DNA from: Desulfosudaceae bacterium
GTDB lineage: Bacteria > Desulfobacterota > Desulfobacteria > Desulfobacterales > Desulfosudaceae
NCBI GenBank assembly: GCA_963674745.2
Contig: CAXXDV010000001.1
Span: forward strand, 2,464,001-2,528,000
DNA length: 64,000 bases
Direction: 5' to 3'
Translations under genes and position numbers: made by a program
Shown here: positions 33,157 through 41,340 of the stretch, piece after piece
Layout: each line of letters opens with the position of its first letter
How positions within the stretch are numbered: position 1 is the stretch's first letter
The notes under the pieces: model-generated
What the model was told of the DNA's origin: nothing
The model's database searches: none
What the model saw: the letters and a program-made list of their open reading frames with translations, nothing else

Positions 33157-33311
33157 TTGATGAACTCGTGAATATTTAAAATTGAGATGGCAAAGTAAAA
33201 AGTTCAAGATCAAGGCGCGCAAGCCCTGAGGAATGCAGCGTACATAGGAGTACGTGAAATTCCGAAGGGAGCAGCGCAACGCAGATGTTGGGCTTTTTAT
33301 GAAGCCATCAA
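33157..33311 (+). mobile_element. 155-bp MITE/REP-like element, copy A
   Basis: Ends TTGATGAACTCGT.../...TTTTTATGAAGCCATCAA; 134/155 identical (ungapped, by hand) to the reverse complement of 33759-33913. Confidence 0.8.
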
Positions 33312-33330
33312 AATCGTATGGAGAAAAATA

Positions 33331-33762
33331 ATGTCCGAATGGGAACCAAAAATAATGGCGTTTCTCTGCAACTGGTGCAGTTACGGCGCGGCCGATCTGG
33401 CCGGCGTCAGCCGGATGCAGTATCCCCCCAATATCCGGGTCGTCCGGCTGCCCTGCACCGGTCGCATGAGCCCCAAATTTGCCCTGGCGGCCCTGCGTGA
33501 AGGCGCGGATGCCATCTGGGTGTCCGGGTGACATCCGGGTGAATGCCATTACCTGGAAGGTAATTATCACGCCAGAAGAAAATTTTCGTTGTTTAAGAAC
33601 CTCATGGAATACATGGGGGTGGAACCGGAACGAATCCATTTTTCCTGGATCTCTTCGGCGGAATCCACCAAGTTCGTGGACGTGGTCAACGCGGTCACCG
33701 ATGACGTAAAGAAAGTCGGACCCAACAAACGGTTTGTCAAAAAAATCGACAAGGAAACTTGA
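33331..33762 (+). CDS. flxD: MvhD-like subunit FlxD (selenoprotein, 143 aa)
   Basis: [15 protein letters not shown]...PCTGR...WVSG-TGA(33529-33531)[12 protein letters not shown]...WISSAE; open frame to TGA 33760-33762. Confidence 0.92.
33548..33564 (+). promoter_or_regulatory. Bacterial SECIS-like hairpin (flxD)
   Basis: ATTACCT-GGA-AGGTAAT; compensatory closing pair relative to the other mvhD. Confidence 0.8.
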
Positions 33763-33913
33763 TGGCTTCGTAAAAAATTCAATATCGGCGTTGCGCTTCG
33801 CCCTTCGGAATTTCACGTACTTCTATGTGCGCTGCATTCCTCAGGGCTTGCGCGCCTTGATCTTGAATTTTTTACTTTGCCATCCGAATATTAACTTTTT
33901 ACGAAGGCATTAA
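33759..33913 (-). mobile_element. 155-bp MITE/REP-like element, copy B (inverted relative to A)
   Basis: TIRs TTGATGGCTTCGTAAAAA ... TTTTTACGAAGGCATTAA; overlaps the flxD stop codon. Confidence 0.8.
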
Positions 33914-33920
33914 GCTTGAT

Positions 33921-34868
33921 ATGCGGGCATATTCAGAGAAAATACGTCAGATTGCGAAATCGCTTCTTGAGGCCGGCCGTGTCGATATGGTGATCGGTTT
34001 TACCGACGGTACACTGCCGATGAAATCCGCACCGCTTTGCGCCGGAACCGTTGAAGCGGCCGATCAGCTGATGATTGACGCCTTTTGCGGCATTAACCTG
34101 GCCAACTACCTGACCGGTCGCAAGGAAAAGATCGGTGTTGTGGCCAGGGGGTGTGACTCCCGGAGTATTGTCAATCATATCGTGGAGAACAAAATCAAGC
34201 GGGAGCAGCTGGTGATTATCGGTGTTCCCTGCACGGGCATGGCGGACCCGAAAAAAGTAGCCCGGGCCTATGACGGTGATATCAGTGCGGTAGTGGACGA
34301 AGGTGACATGCTGGCCGTCAGCGGCAGCGGGGGTGAAAGCCGGATCGAAAAAGCGGCCGTGATGGATGATTGCTGCGCGGTTTGTGTTCATCGTAATCCG
34401 GTCATTTCCGACGAGATGGTCGCAGACCCCGTGCCGGAACAGGACGGGGCCGGTCGGTATGAAATGGTGGAGACGGTTGAAAACATGTCAACCGACGAAA
34501 AATGGGATTATTTTGAATCCATGTTTTCTTCCTGTATCCGCTGTTATGCCTGTCGCAATGCCTGTCCGTTATGCTATTGTCCCACCTGTTTTGTGGATGA
34601 AACAGCACCCCAGTGGGTCGGTAAAGGCCAGGACGATGTCGACGTTCGGACGTTTCATTTTCTAAGGGCCTATCATTGCGCCGGCCGGTGTGTTGACTGC
34701 GGTGCCTGCGTCAGGGCCTGCCCCATGGATATCAACGTCCGGTTGCTGACCAAGAAGCTGGAAAAAGACTGCCTTGAGCTCTATGACTGGGAAGCCGGCA
34801 TGACCTTAGAAAAACGCCCCGTTCTGGATGTTTTTTCACCCAATGATCCGGATGGATTTATTAAATAG
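33921..34868 (+). CDS. flxC: Flx complex Fe-S subunit FlxC
   Basis: CIRCYACRNACPLCYC, CVDCGACVRACP and GVPCTG; operon position. Confidence 0.82.
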   Translation: MRAYSEKIRQIAKSLLEAGRVDMVIGFTDGTLPMKSAPLCAGTVEAADQLMIDAFCGINLANYLTGRKEKIGVVARGCDSRSIVNHIVENKIKREQLVIIGVPCTGMADPKKVARAYDGDISAVVDEGDMLAVSGSGGESRIEKAAVMDDCCAVCVHRNPVISDEMVADPVPEQDGAGRYEMVETVENMSTDEKWDYFESMFSSCIRCYACRNACPLCYCPTCFVDETAPQWVGKGQDDVDVRTFHFLRAYHCAGRCVDCGACVRACPMDINVRLLTKKLEKDCLELYDWEAGMTLEKRPVLDVFSPNDPDGFIK

Positions 34869-34882
34869 TGATAGAGGAGTAA

Positions 34883-35929
34883 ATGGCCAAAATAATCAAA
34901 ATCGACAAACAGAAATGGCAGGATAATTTCAGCCGACTGCTGGGGACGTATCGCGTTATTGCGCCTCGGGTTGAGGACGGCGTCTGTGAGTTCCGTCAGT
35001 TGACGGAAGGGCAGGTGCCGGACCTGGCCTTTGCCAACACGCGCCGGTCCCCGAAAGCGGTTGTGTTTCCCCAGACCGAAGTTATGATGGCATATTCTCT
35101 GGATGAGAATGACCCGGAGAAAAATATCATGAAACCGGCTGTTGACAACTTTCCGCTGACGGCGGTGGTGGGTATCCGGCCCTGTGATGCCAGAGCGCTT
35201 ACCCTGGTCAGGTTGAATTTTGACACGCCGGAATATCAGGATCCGTATTGGCTCGGGCATTATGAAAACACGGTTTTCGTCGGCCTGGCCTGTGACGCTC
35301 CGGATGCGGTCTGTTTCTGTTCTTCCACCGGCGGCGGTCCCTATGATGAAACCGGGCTTGATGTGCTTTTGTCCGACAGAGGCGATTTTTTCCTGGCCAA
35401 AGCGTTTACCGATAAGGGAGAAAAGATTTTAGAAACAGCCGGTTGGCAGGATCCGTCGGGCGATGACAATGCATTTGACGCTTTGCAGAAAGCAGCTGAG
35501 GAGAAGATCGTTTCGGCCGTCTCAACCGACCATCTGGCCGAAAAAAGCCTGCTGGATCTGCATTCAGCTCCCTTCTGGGACAATATCGCCTTTGCCTGTA
35601 TCAATTGCGGCACCTGCACCTATCTTTGTCCGACCTGCTGGTGTTTTGACATTCAGGATGAGGCTCAAGGAAAAAAAGGTGTGCGCATGCGCAACTGGGA
35701 CAGTTGCATGTTCCCTTTGTTTACGATGCACACCACCGGGCATAATCCAAGAGAAGAGAAAACGCAACGGGTACGTCAGCGCTTTATGCATAAGCTGAAA
35801 TATTTCGTGGATAAATACGACCAGGGGATCATGTGCACCGGCTGTGGCCGTTGTGTCCGTTCCTGCCCGGTCAATATTGATATCCGAACGGTTTGTAATC
35901 GGATGAACGATTATGCGGCCGAAGCGTAA
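34883..35929 (+). CDS. flxB: Flx complex AsrA-like Fe-S subunit FlxB
   Basis: GIRPCD, CINCGTCTYLCPTCWCF, RFMHKL and CTGCGRCVRSCP. Confidence 0.85.
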   Translation: MAKIIKIDKQKWQDNFSRLLGTYRVIAPRVEDGVCEFRQLTEGQVPDLAFANTRRSPKAVVFPQTEVMMAYSLDENDPEKNIMKPAVDNFPLTAVVGIRPCDARALTLVRLNFDTPEYQDPYWLGHYENTVFVGLACDAPDAVCFCSSTGGGPYDETGLDVLLSDRGDFFLAKAFTDKGEKILETAGWQDPSGDDNAFDALQKAAEEKIVSAVSTDHLAEKSLLDLHSAPFWDNIAFACINCGTCTYLCPTCWCFDIQDEAQGKKGVRMRNWDSCMFPLFTMHTTGHNPREEKTQRVRQRFMHKLKYFVDKYDQGIMCTGCGRCVRSCPVNIDIRTVCNRMNDYAAEA

Positions 35930-35955
35930 AGGCGTATAACCCGGGAGAAAAGTTA

Positions 35956-36801
35956 ATGATGAATCCATATTTGCCCTATCCGGTCCGCATTGATGATATC
36001 AAAAACGAAACCGAAGACCGGAGCTTAAAAACATTCAAGTTTGTGTTTATCAATCCTGATGATGAAGAACGGTTTGCCTACCGGGCCGGCCAGTTCGCCG
36101 AGTTGTCCATTGCCGGGCAGGGAGAGATCCCCATTGGCATTGCCTCTTCACCGGTGGAAAAGGGGTTTGTGAAGTTTACGGTCAACCGCGCCGGTGTGGT
36201 GACCACCTGTCTGCACAACATGCAGGTCGGTGACGTGATGGGTATACGGGGGCCGCTGGGTAACAGCTATCCCTGGGACACCCTGCAGGGGAAAAACATT
36301 CTCATCGTGGGCGGCGGCTTTGCCTTTACCACCCTGCGCTCGTCGATTATTTATATGCTTCATCCGGATAACCGTGATAAATACGGTAACATTGACGTGG
36401 TTTACGGTGCCCGGACGCCGGGTATGCTGCTTTACCTAGATGAGCTGGCCGAATGGGAAAAACGGGACGATATCAATATGCATATCACCGTGGACGGGAC
36501 CGATGATCCGGATTGGAAATATCATGTCGGTTTTGTGCCGCCGGTGGTTGAAGACAACGCGCCCGAGGGCGGGCCGGACAGTTACGCCATCATTTGCGGA
36601 CCGCCGGTGATGATCAAGTTTACCCTGCCAGTGCTTGAAAAGCTCGGTTACGCCCATGATAACATCATCATGTCCCTGGAAAACCGGATGAAATGCGGCA
36701 TCGGCATGTGCGGGCGATGTAATATCGGTAAAGAGCTGGTTTGCAAGGACGGACCGGTGTTTACGCTTTCAGAATTGAATCAGACACCGAAAGAATATTA
36801 A
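35956..36801 (+). CDS. flxA: FAD/NAD(P)-binding [2Fe-2S] subunit FlxA
   Basis: GQFAELS, RGPLGN, ICGPPVM and RMKCGIGMCGRC...CKDGPVF. Confidence 0.88.
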   Translation: MMNPYLPYPVRIDDIKNETEDRSLKTFKFVFINPDDEERFAYRAGQFAELSIAGQGEIPIGIASSPVEKGFVKFTVNRAGVVTTCLHNMQVGDVMGIRGPLGNSYPWDTLQGKNILIVGGGFAFTTLRSSIIYMLHPDNRDKYGNIDVVYGARTPGMLLYLDELAEWEKRDDINMHITVDGTDDPDWKYHVGFVPPVVEDNAPEGGPDSYAIICGPPVMIKFTLPVLEKLGYAHDNIIMSLENRMKCGIGMCGRCNIGKELVCKDGPVFTLSELNQTPKEY

Positions 36802-36837
36802 GGATTTCAGTAATATGTTTTTGTGGTGACAAATCAC

Positions 36838-36866
36838 TTGACAATAAGAAAAACGAGCGTTAATGT
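36838..36866 (+). promoter_or_regulatory. sigma70 promoter of dsrC
   Basis: TTGACA-17-TAATGT; AAGGAGG RBS downstream. Confidence 0.55.
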
Positions 36867-36963
36867 AAAAAATTTAGAATTAACTAAGCGGTAAAATAAA
36901 GAATAATAAGGGCTAAACAGGATCGAAACGGGAATATAAGCAACCATAAAGGAGGTTAACTCA

Positions 36964-37281
36964 ATGGCAACAGTTGAATTTCAAGGCAAATCATTTACGG
37001 TGGATGAGGACGGTTTTATTGAATCCTACAGCGATTTCGCAGAAGAGTGGGTCCAGTGGGTCAAGAAAGAAGAAGGGATTGAAGAACTGAACGAAGAACA
37101 TCGCAAGGTTATCCAGGTTCTCCAGGACTACTACGAGAAAAACGGGATTGCCCCGATGGTTCGCATTCTTTCCAAACTCACCGGCTTTAAACTGAAACAC
37201 ATTTACGAACTTTTCCCTTCAGGACCGGGAAAAGGAGCCTGTAAAATGGCTGGTCTGCCCAAACCGACAGGCTGCGTCTAA
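36964..37281 (+). CDS. dsrC: Dissimilatory sulfite reductase sulfur carrier DsrC
   Basis: VDEDGF, APMVR and C-terminal ELFPSGPGKGACKMAGLPKPTGCV with both conserved Cys. Confidence 0.96.
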   Translation: MATVEFQGKSFTVDEDGFIESYSDFAEEWVQWVKKEEGIEELNEEHRKVIQVLQDYYEKNGIAPMVRILSKLTGFKLKHIYELFPSGPGKGACKMAGLPKPTGCV

Positions 37282-37305
37282 TCTTCAGTTACATTTCGTT
37301 CATTA

Positions 37306-37341
37306 AAAAAAGCCCTGATTTGTTCAGGGCTTTTTTGTTTT
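37306..37341 (+). terminator. Intrinsic terminator after dsrC
   Basis: AAAAAAGCCCTGA-TTTGT-TCAGGGCTTTTTT. Confidence 0.85.
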
Positions 37342-37352
37342 ATGGGGGAAAA

Positions 37353-37805
37353 ATGGGTATTGACGCTGTTGACAGGCGGATTTTAAATTCGATACAGTCA
37401 AATTTTCCTATAGATCCGAATCCTTACGAGAAGGTTGCGGAAAGCCTGGGCCTGACGGAAGCAGATGTTTTAGACCGTGTCAGCGCTTTAAAAGCGGCCG
37501 GTATTATCCGGCGTATCGGCGGGAATTTCGTTCCGGATAAACTCGGATACGTCAGCACGCTTTGTGCGGCCAGGGTGCCGGCGGAAAAGCTGGACCTGTT
37601 CGCCGGCGTGGTGAATGACTATTCCGGTGTGACCCATAATTATGTGAGGGACAACGATTTTAACGTCTGGTTCACCTTTATCGCGCCTTCCATGAAAAAG
37701 ATCGAACAGAGCCTTGATGAAATCAGGCGCCGGACCGGTGTGGCTGAAGTGCTGAGTTTGCCGGCGACGAAAGTGTTTAAAATAAAAGCGGAGTTTATCT
37801 TATGA
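37353..37805 (+). CDS. ahbA: Siroheme decarboxylase alpha subunit (AsnC-like fold)
   Basis: IQSNFPI, GIIRRIGGNF, STLCAA, VTHNYVR and NVWFT. Confidence 0.85.
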   Translation: MGIDAVDRRILNSIQSNFPIDPNPYEKVAESLGLTEADVLDRVSALKAAGIIRRIGGNFVPDKLGYVSTLCAARVPAEKLDLFAGVVNDYSGVTHNYVRDNDFNVWFTFIAPSMKKIEQSLDEIRRRTGVAEVLSLPATKVFKIKAEFIL

Positions 37806-38617
37806 AAAATATCCGCATTGCCTTAATCACCTGCTGCTGTCCGGCCGGTGATGTGCGCCGGAATCTCGACACCACGATTCACTGGACCGGCCAGGCCAAA
37901 GCGGCCGGGGCGGCGCTTGTCTGTTTTCCGGAAATGAACATCTCCGGTTACGGCCTTGATTTTGAAGGCTATGAAAAAACCGCCGATCTGTTTGAAGATG
38001 TTGTCAACGCGCTTTCTGCCCTGGCGGCGCGTCAGGACATCACGGTTCTGGCCGGGACGGTTAAAAAATCACCGGAGGACAACTCCTTTCTGCCCTGTCA
38101 TGTGGTCGCCCATCCCGATGGTGAGGTGGGAACCTATGTCAAGCTCCATATTGCCCCGCCTGAAGCGGCCATTTTCATTCCCGGAGATACGGTGCCACTG
38201 TTTAACGGCCCGGGTCTCCGGTTCGGTATTCAGCTCTGTTATGACGCCCATTTTCCGGAACTGTCCACCCGCATGGCCCTTGACGGAGCCGATCTGATTT
38301 TTTTCCCCCATGCGTCTCCCCGGGGCGATACCGCTCAGGAAAAATACGATTCCTGGATGCGCCATTTGCCGGCCAGGGCCTTTGATAACGGTCTGTTTGT
38401 GGCCGCCTGCAACCAGTCCGGCCACAACGGTGCCCGGCTGGAATTCCCTGGTTTGGCCGTGGTTATCGGTCCGGATGGAAAGGTGATTGATAAAGTCCTG
38501 GCCGGGGACCGGATGCTGGTGGTTGACCTGTCGGCTGATGATCTGGCTGCGGTCCGTGATCATCGTATGCGCTATTTTCTTCCCAACCGGCGACCGGACG
38601 TTTACGGTACTGATTGA
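37802..38617 (+). CDS. Nitrilase-family carbon-nitrogen hydrolase
   Basis: FPE, YVKLH and LCYDAHFPE (Glu-Lys-Cys triad). Confidence 0.9.
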   Translation: MKNIRIALITCCCPAGDVRRNLDTTIHWTGQAKAAGAALVCFPEMNISGYGLDFEGYEKTADLFEDVVNALSALAARQDITVLAGTVKKSPEDNSFLPCHVVAHPDGEVGTYVKLHIAPPEAAIFIPGDTVPLFNGPGLRFGIQLCYDAHFPELSTRMALDGADLIFFPHASPRGDTAQEKYDSWMRHLPARAFDNGLFVAACNQSGHNGARLEFPGLAVVIGPDGKVIDKVLAGDRMLVVDLSADDLAAVRDHRMRYFLPNRRPDVYGTD

Positions 38618-38673
38618 TTCGTTGTTTAAAAGTTCATCTTATACTGATGGCTTTTCATCAATTCTACTGGCAA

Positions 38674-38760
38674 AAGGGTTCAAGGATTCAAGGGGTCAAG
38701 GTTTCCAGGGGACATGGTAGTTCACTTGAACCCTTGAATCCTCGAACCCTTGGACCCCTT
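38674..38760. repeat. Palindromic array of 8-bp repeats between convergent genes
   Basis: AAGGGTTC/AAGGATTC/AAGGGGTC/AAGGTTTC then inverted GAACCCTT/GAATCCTC/GAACCCTT/GGACCCCT. Confidence 0.8.
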
Positions 38761-39512
38761 CAATATTCGACACTTATCAGAAACAAGCCCTGGGGTGGTG
38801 CGGTAGCGCCGGCCCTGGAGCGGTCTTTTGCTTCCAGAATCTGCCCCATGTCTTCAGGTTCGCGTTTGCCCAGGCCGATCTCAACCAGGGTGCCCACAAT
38901 ATTCCTGACCATGTGTTTTAAGAAGCCGCTGGCCGTAATGTCGAAGAAAATGCGGGCATCCGGTGTCTCATGAATTTCAACCTGCAAGACATGCCGTACG
39001 GAACTGTTCTGCGGGCTGCCAGTGCCTTCAAACGAGGAAAAATCATGCTCGCCGATGATGTATGACAGGGCCCGGCGCATGGCCGTGATATCCAGCGGCC
39101 GGCGGATGTGCCAGGCATATTGGCGGCCGATGGCAACGGGCAGTTCGCGGTTGAGGATCCGGTACTGGTAGGTCTTTTGCCGGGCGTTATACCGGGCGTG
39201 AAAATCATCGGCCGCCTGGCGGCAGTCGCAGATGATCACGTCAACATCCAGCAGGCTGTTTAATCCTTTTTTAAATACATCGGCTGTAAGATGGGTATCA
39301 CACCTGAAACTGGCCACCTGGGCCAGGGCGTGGACCCCGGCGTCGGTGCGTCCGGAACCGATCACCGTAACCTTTTGGCCGGTCATGGTGAACAGCGCGG
39401 CCTCGATCTCGCCCTGGATGGAACGGTCGGTTTTCTGACGCTGCCAGCCGTGATAGTTGGTGCCGTCGTATTCGATGATCAGTTTAAAGGTTTGCGTCAT
39501 ATGAAAGTCCAT
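38760..39512 (-). CDS. truA: tRNA pseudouridine(38-40) synthase
   Basis: YDGTNYHGWQRQ, GSGRTDAGVHA, GFLKHMVR and TAPPQGL. Confidence 0.96.
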   Translation of the reverse strand: MDFHMTQTFKLIIEYDGTNYHGWQRQKTDRSIQGEIEAALFTMTGQKVTVIGSGRTDAGVHALAQVASFRCDTHLTADVFKKGLNSLLDVDVIICDCRQAADDFHARYNARQKTYQYRILNRELPVAIGRQYAWHIRRPLDITAMRRALSYIIGEHDFSSFEGTGSPQNSSVRHVLQVEIHETPDARIFFDITASGFLKHMVRNIVGTLVEIGLGKREPEDMGQILEAKDRSRAGATAPPQGLFLISVEY

Positions 39513-39554
39513 AATAATCGTTTGTCATTAACGAAAAAAAAGACAAAATGCAAG
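39508..39554. repeat. 47-bp direct repeat, copy 1 (truA promoter/start)
   Basis: 43/47 identical to 45040-45086; minus strand reads TTGCAT-17-TAATGA then the truA ATG. Confidence 0.85.
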
Positions 39555-39802
39555 TCGGGTGTATGCAGTTATCGATGGCCTCCTTTTTTCTCTTGATTAT
39601 CTCGGGTGGTTAAAAAATAAACCCTTTTTGAATAAACTCCATGACTTGCGATCGGTCGCTGGTTCGCACAATCTTTCGTCAGGGCAATGTTTAATTTGCT
39701 TTACGGTTTTGTAAAAGCTGCTATAATAATGAAAATTTGAAAACGGTTTATCGGATTATCACGTTTTTCCCTTACCAAAGTTTCAGTTCAGGAGAACGGT
39801 CA

Positions 39803-41311
39803 ATGAAAAAAAGCTTTTTAATCGTGGCACAACTGGTTGTTGTCGCCATGGCCTCATTCGTTTGGGCGGCTCCGGTGCCGTCAACCATAAACTATCAGGG
39901 CTACCTGACCGACGACGCCGGCAACCCCCTGCCTGACGGGAGTTATGATATGACGTTTCGTATCTATGACGTGGCGGCCGGCGGCGCCACCCTGTGGACC
40001 GAAAGCAGGACCGGCCCCAACCAGGTGCCGCTGGTCAACAGTCGCTTCAGTGTCGACCTGGGATCGGTGACCACTTTTGCCAGTGCCGGTCTTGATTTTA
40101 ATCAAGCCTATTTTCTGGAGGTGCAGCTCGGCGCCGATCCGCCTTTTGCCCCGCGATTCGCCTTTACCACGGTACCCTATGCCATGCATGCCGAAAATGT
40201 TGCCGGTACGCCACTTCCGGCCGGGGCAGTGGTGGGGACGACCGATGTGCAGACACTGACCAACAAGACCCTGACCAATTCGGTGATTTCCAGTAGTACC
40301 ATCGACAACGCCACCATCGGCGGGACCACACCGGCCGCCGGGACGTTTACGGACTTATCGGTAAGCGGCGATTTGACGGTGGCCGGGAGTATTATCGCCA
40401 ACATGACCATCACCGGAACCGAGAAAACCGCCGATTATACCCTGACCGCTGATGACGAGATCATTCTGGTGAATACCGCTTCCGGACCGGTGACCGTGAC
40501 CCTTCCCGCAGCCGCCGGCAATGCCGGGCGCACTTATGTTGTGGTTTTGAAAACCGCCGGCAATCCCCTGACCATATCCCCCGACGGGGCGGAAACCATT
40601 AATGGCGGTTCCGCCCTGGTCCTGGACCGATCCCATCAGGCCATCCGGCTGGTCAGTGACGGTACCGGCTGGCGGGCCGTAGGGGAAGTGGGAAATGTCG
40701 CCCTGGTCCGGCAGAACACCGATCTGGACAGCGGCGCCGGCCCGGATACCCTGTCCGACCTGGTGGTGTTGGCGGATATGATCATCAATGGCAGCCAATG
40801 CGTGGGATATGACTGCGCCGTCGGAGAGGTGTTTGATTTTGACACCCTGATCCTCAAGGAAAATAATCTTAGAATACATTTTTACGATACCAGTAACTCA
40901 GGTACTTTTCCCTCCAACGATTGGCGTATTACCGTCAATGACGCCACCAGCGGGGGGCGGAATTATTTTGCCATCGATGACGTCACCGCCGGCAAAAGGG
41001 CCCTGGAAATCGCGACCGGCGGCAATGTCGGCATCGGTACGGTTGACGCCCCTCAGGGAAGACTGGAGGTGAAAAACACCGCCCTGGAGACCGTTCTGAT
41101 GGTGACCGATGACGGCAAGGTCGGGATCGGCACGGCCACGCCCGGTGAAAAATTCGTCATCGAATTCGCCCCCGGGGTGGATATCGAGATCGGACAGGGA
41201 ACGGCTGATCCGGATGTGACCTTCATCGCCCTGAGAAGCCCTGACGGCACAAGATATTACATTACGGTGGATGATGCGGGGAACCTGGTGGCCTCTACCA
41301 TCCATCCCTGA
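39803..41311 (+). CDS. Secreted phage-tail-fibre-like protein (paralog 1)
   Basis: Sec signal; N-domain PSTINYQGYLTD..G.PL.DG.YDMTF; Thr/Gly-rich beta repeats; GSQCVGYDC...LKENNLRI domain; GNVGIGT repeats; C-terminal LRSPDGTRYYITVDDAGNL. Confidence 0.75.
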   Translation: MKKSFLIVAQLVVVAMASFVWAAPVPSTINYQGYLTDDAGNPLPDGSYDMTFRIYDVAAGGATLWTESRTGPNQVPLVNSRFSVDLGSVTTFASAGLDFNQAYFLEVQLGADPPFAPRFAFTTVPYAMHAENVAGTPLPAGAVVGTTDVQTLTNKTLTNSVISSSTIDNATIGGTTPAAGTFTDLSVSGDLTVAGSIIANMTITGTEKTADYTLTADDEIILVNTASGPVTVTLPAAAGNAGRTYVVVLKTAGNPLTISPDGAETINGGSALVLDRSHQAIRLVSDGTGWRAVGEVGNVALVRQNTDLDSGAGPDTLSDLVVLADMIINGSQCVGYDCAVGEVFDFDTLILKENNLRIHFYDTSNSGTFPSNDWRITVNDATSGGRNYFAIDDVTAGKRALEIATGGNVGIGTVDAPQGRLEVKNTALETVLMVTDDGKVGIGTATPGEKFVIEFAPGVDIEIGQGTADPDVTFIALRSPDGTRYYITVDDAGNLVASTIHP

Positions 41312-41340
41312 TGCTAATCTGAAATACAATTTTCACATGA

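Noticed and set aside
1501..33531. Split hdrA/mvhD ORFs read as pseudogenes or sequencing errors
   Set aside because: All five stops are TGA at conserved Cys positions, in frame, and followed by conserved hairpins; Sec recoding explains them better.
36820..36845. Rex operator upstream of dsrC (GTGACAAATCAC)
   Set aside because: Half-site spacing is 4 rather than the 6 bp of TTGTGA-N6-TCACAA, and the flanks match poorly.
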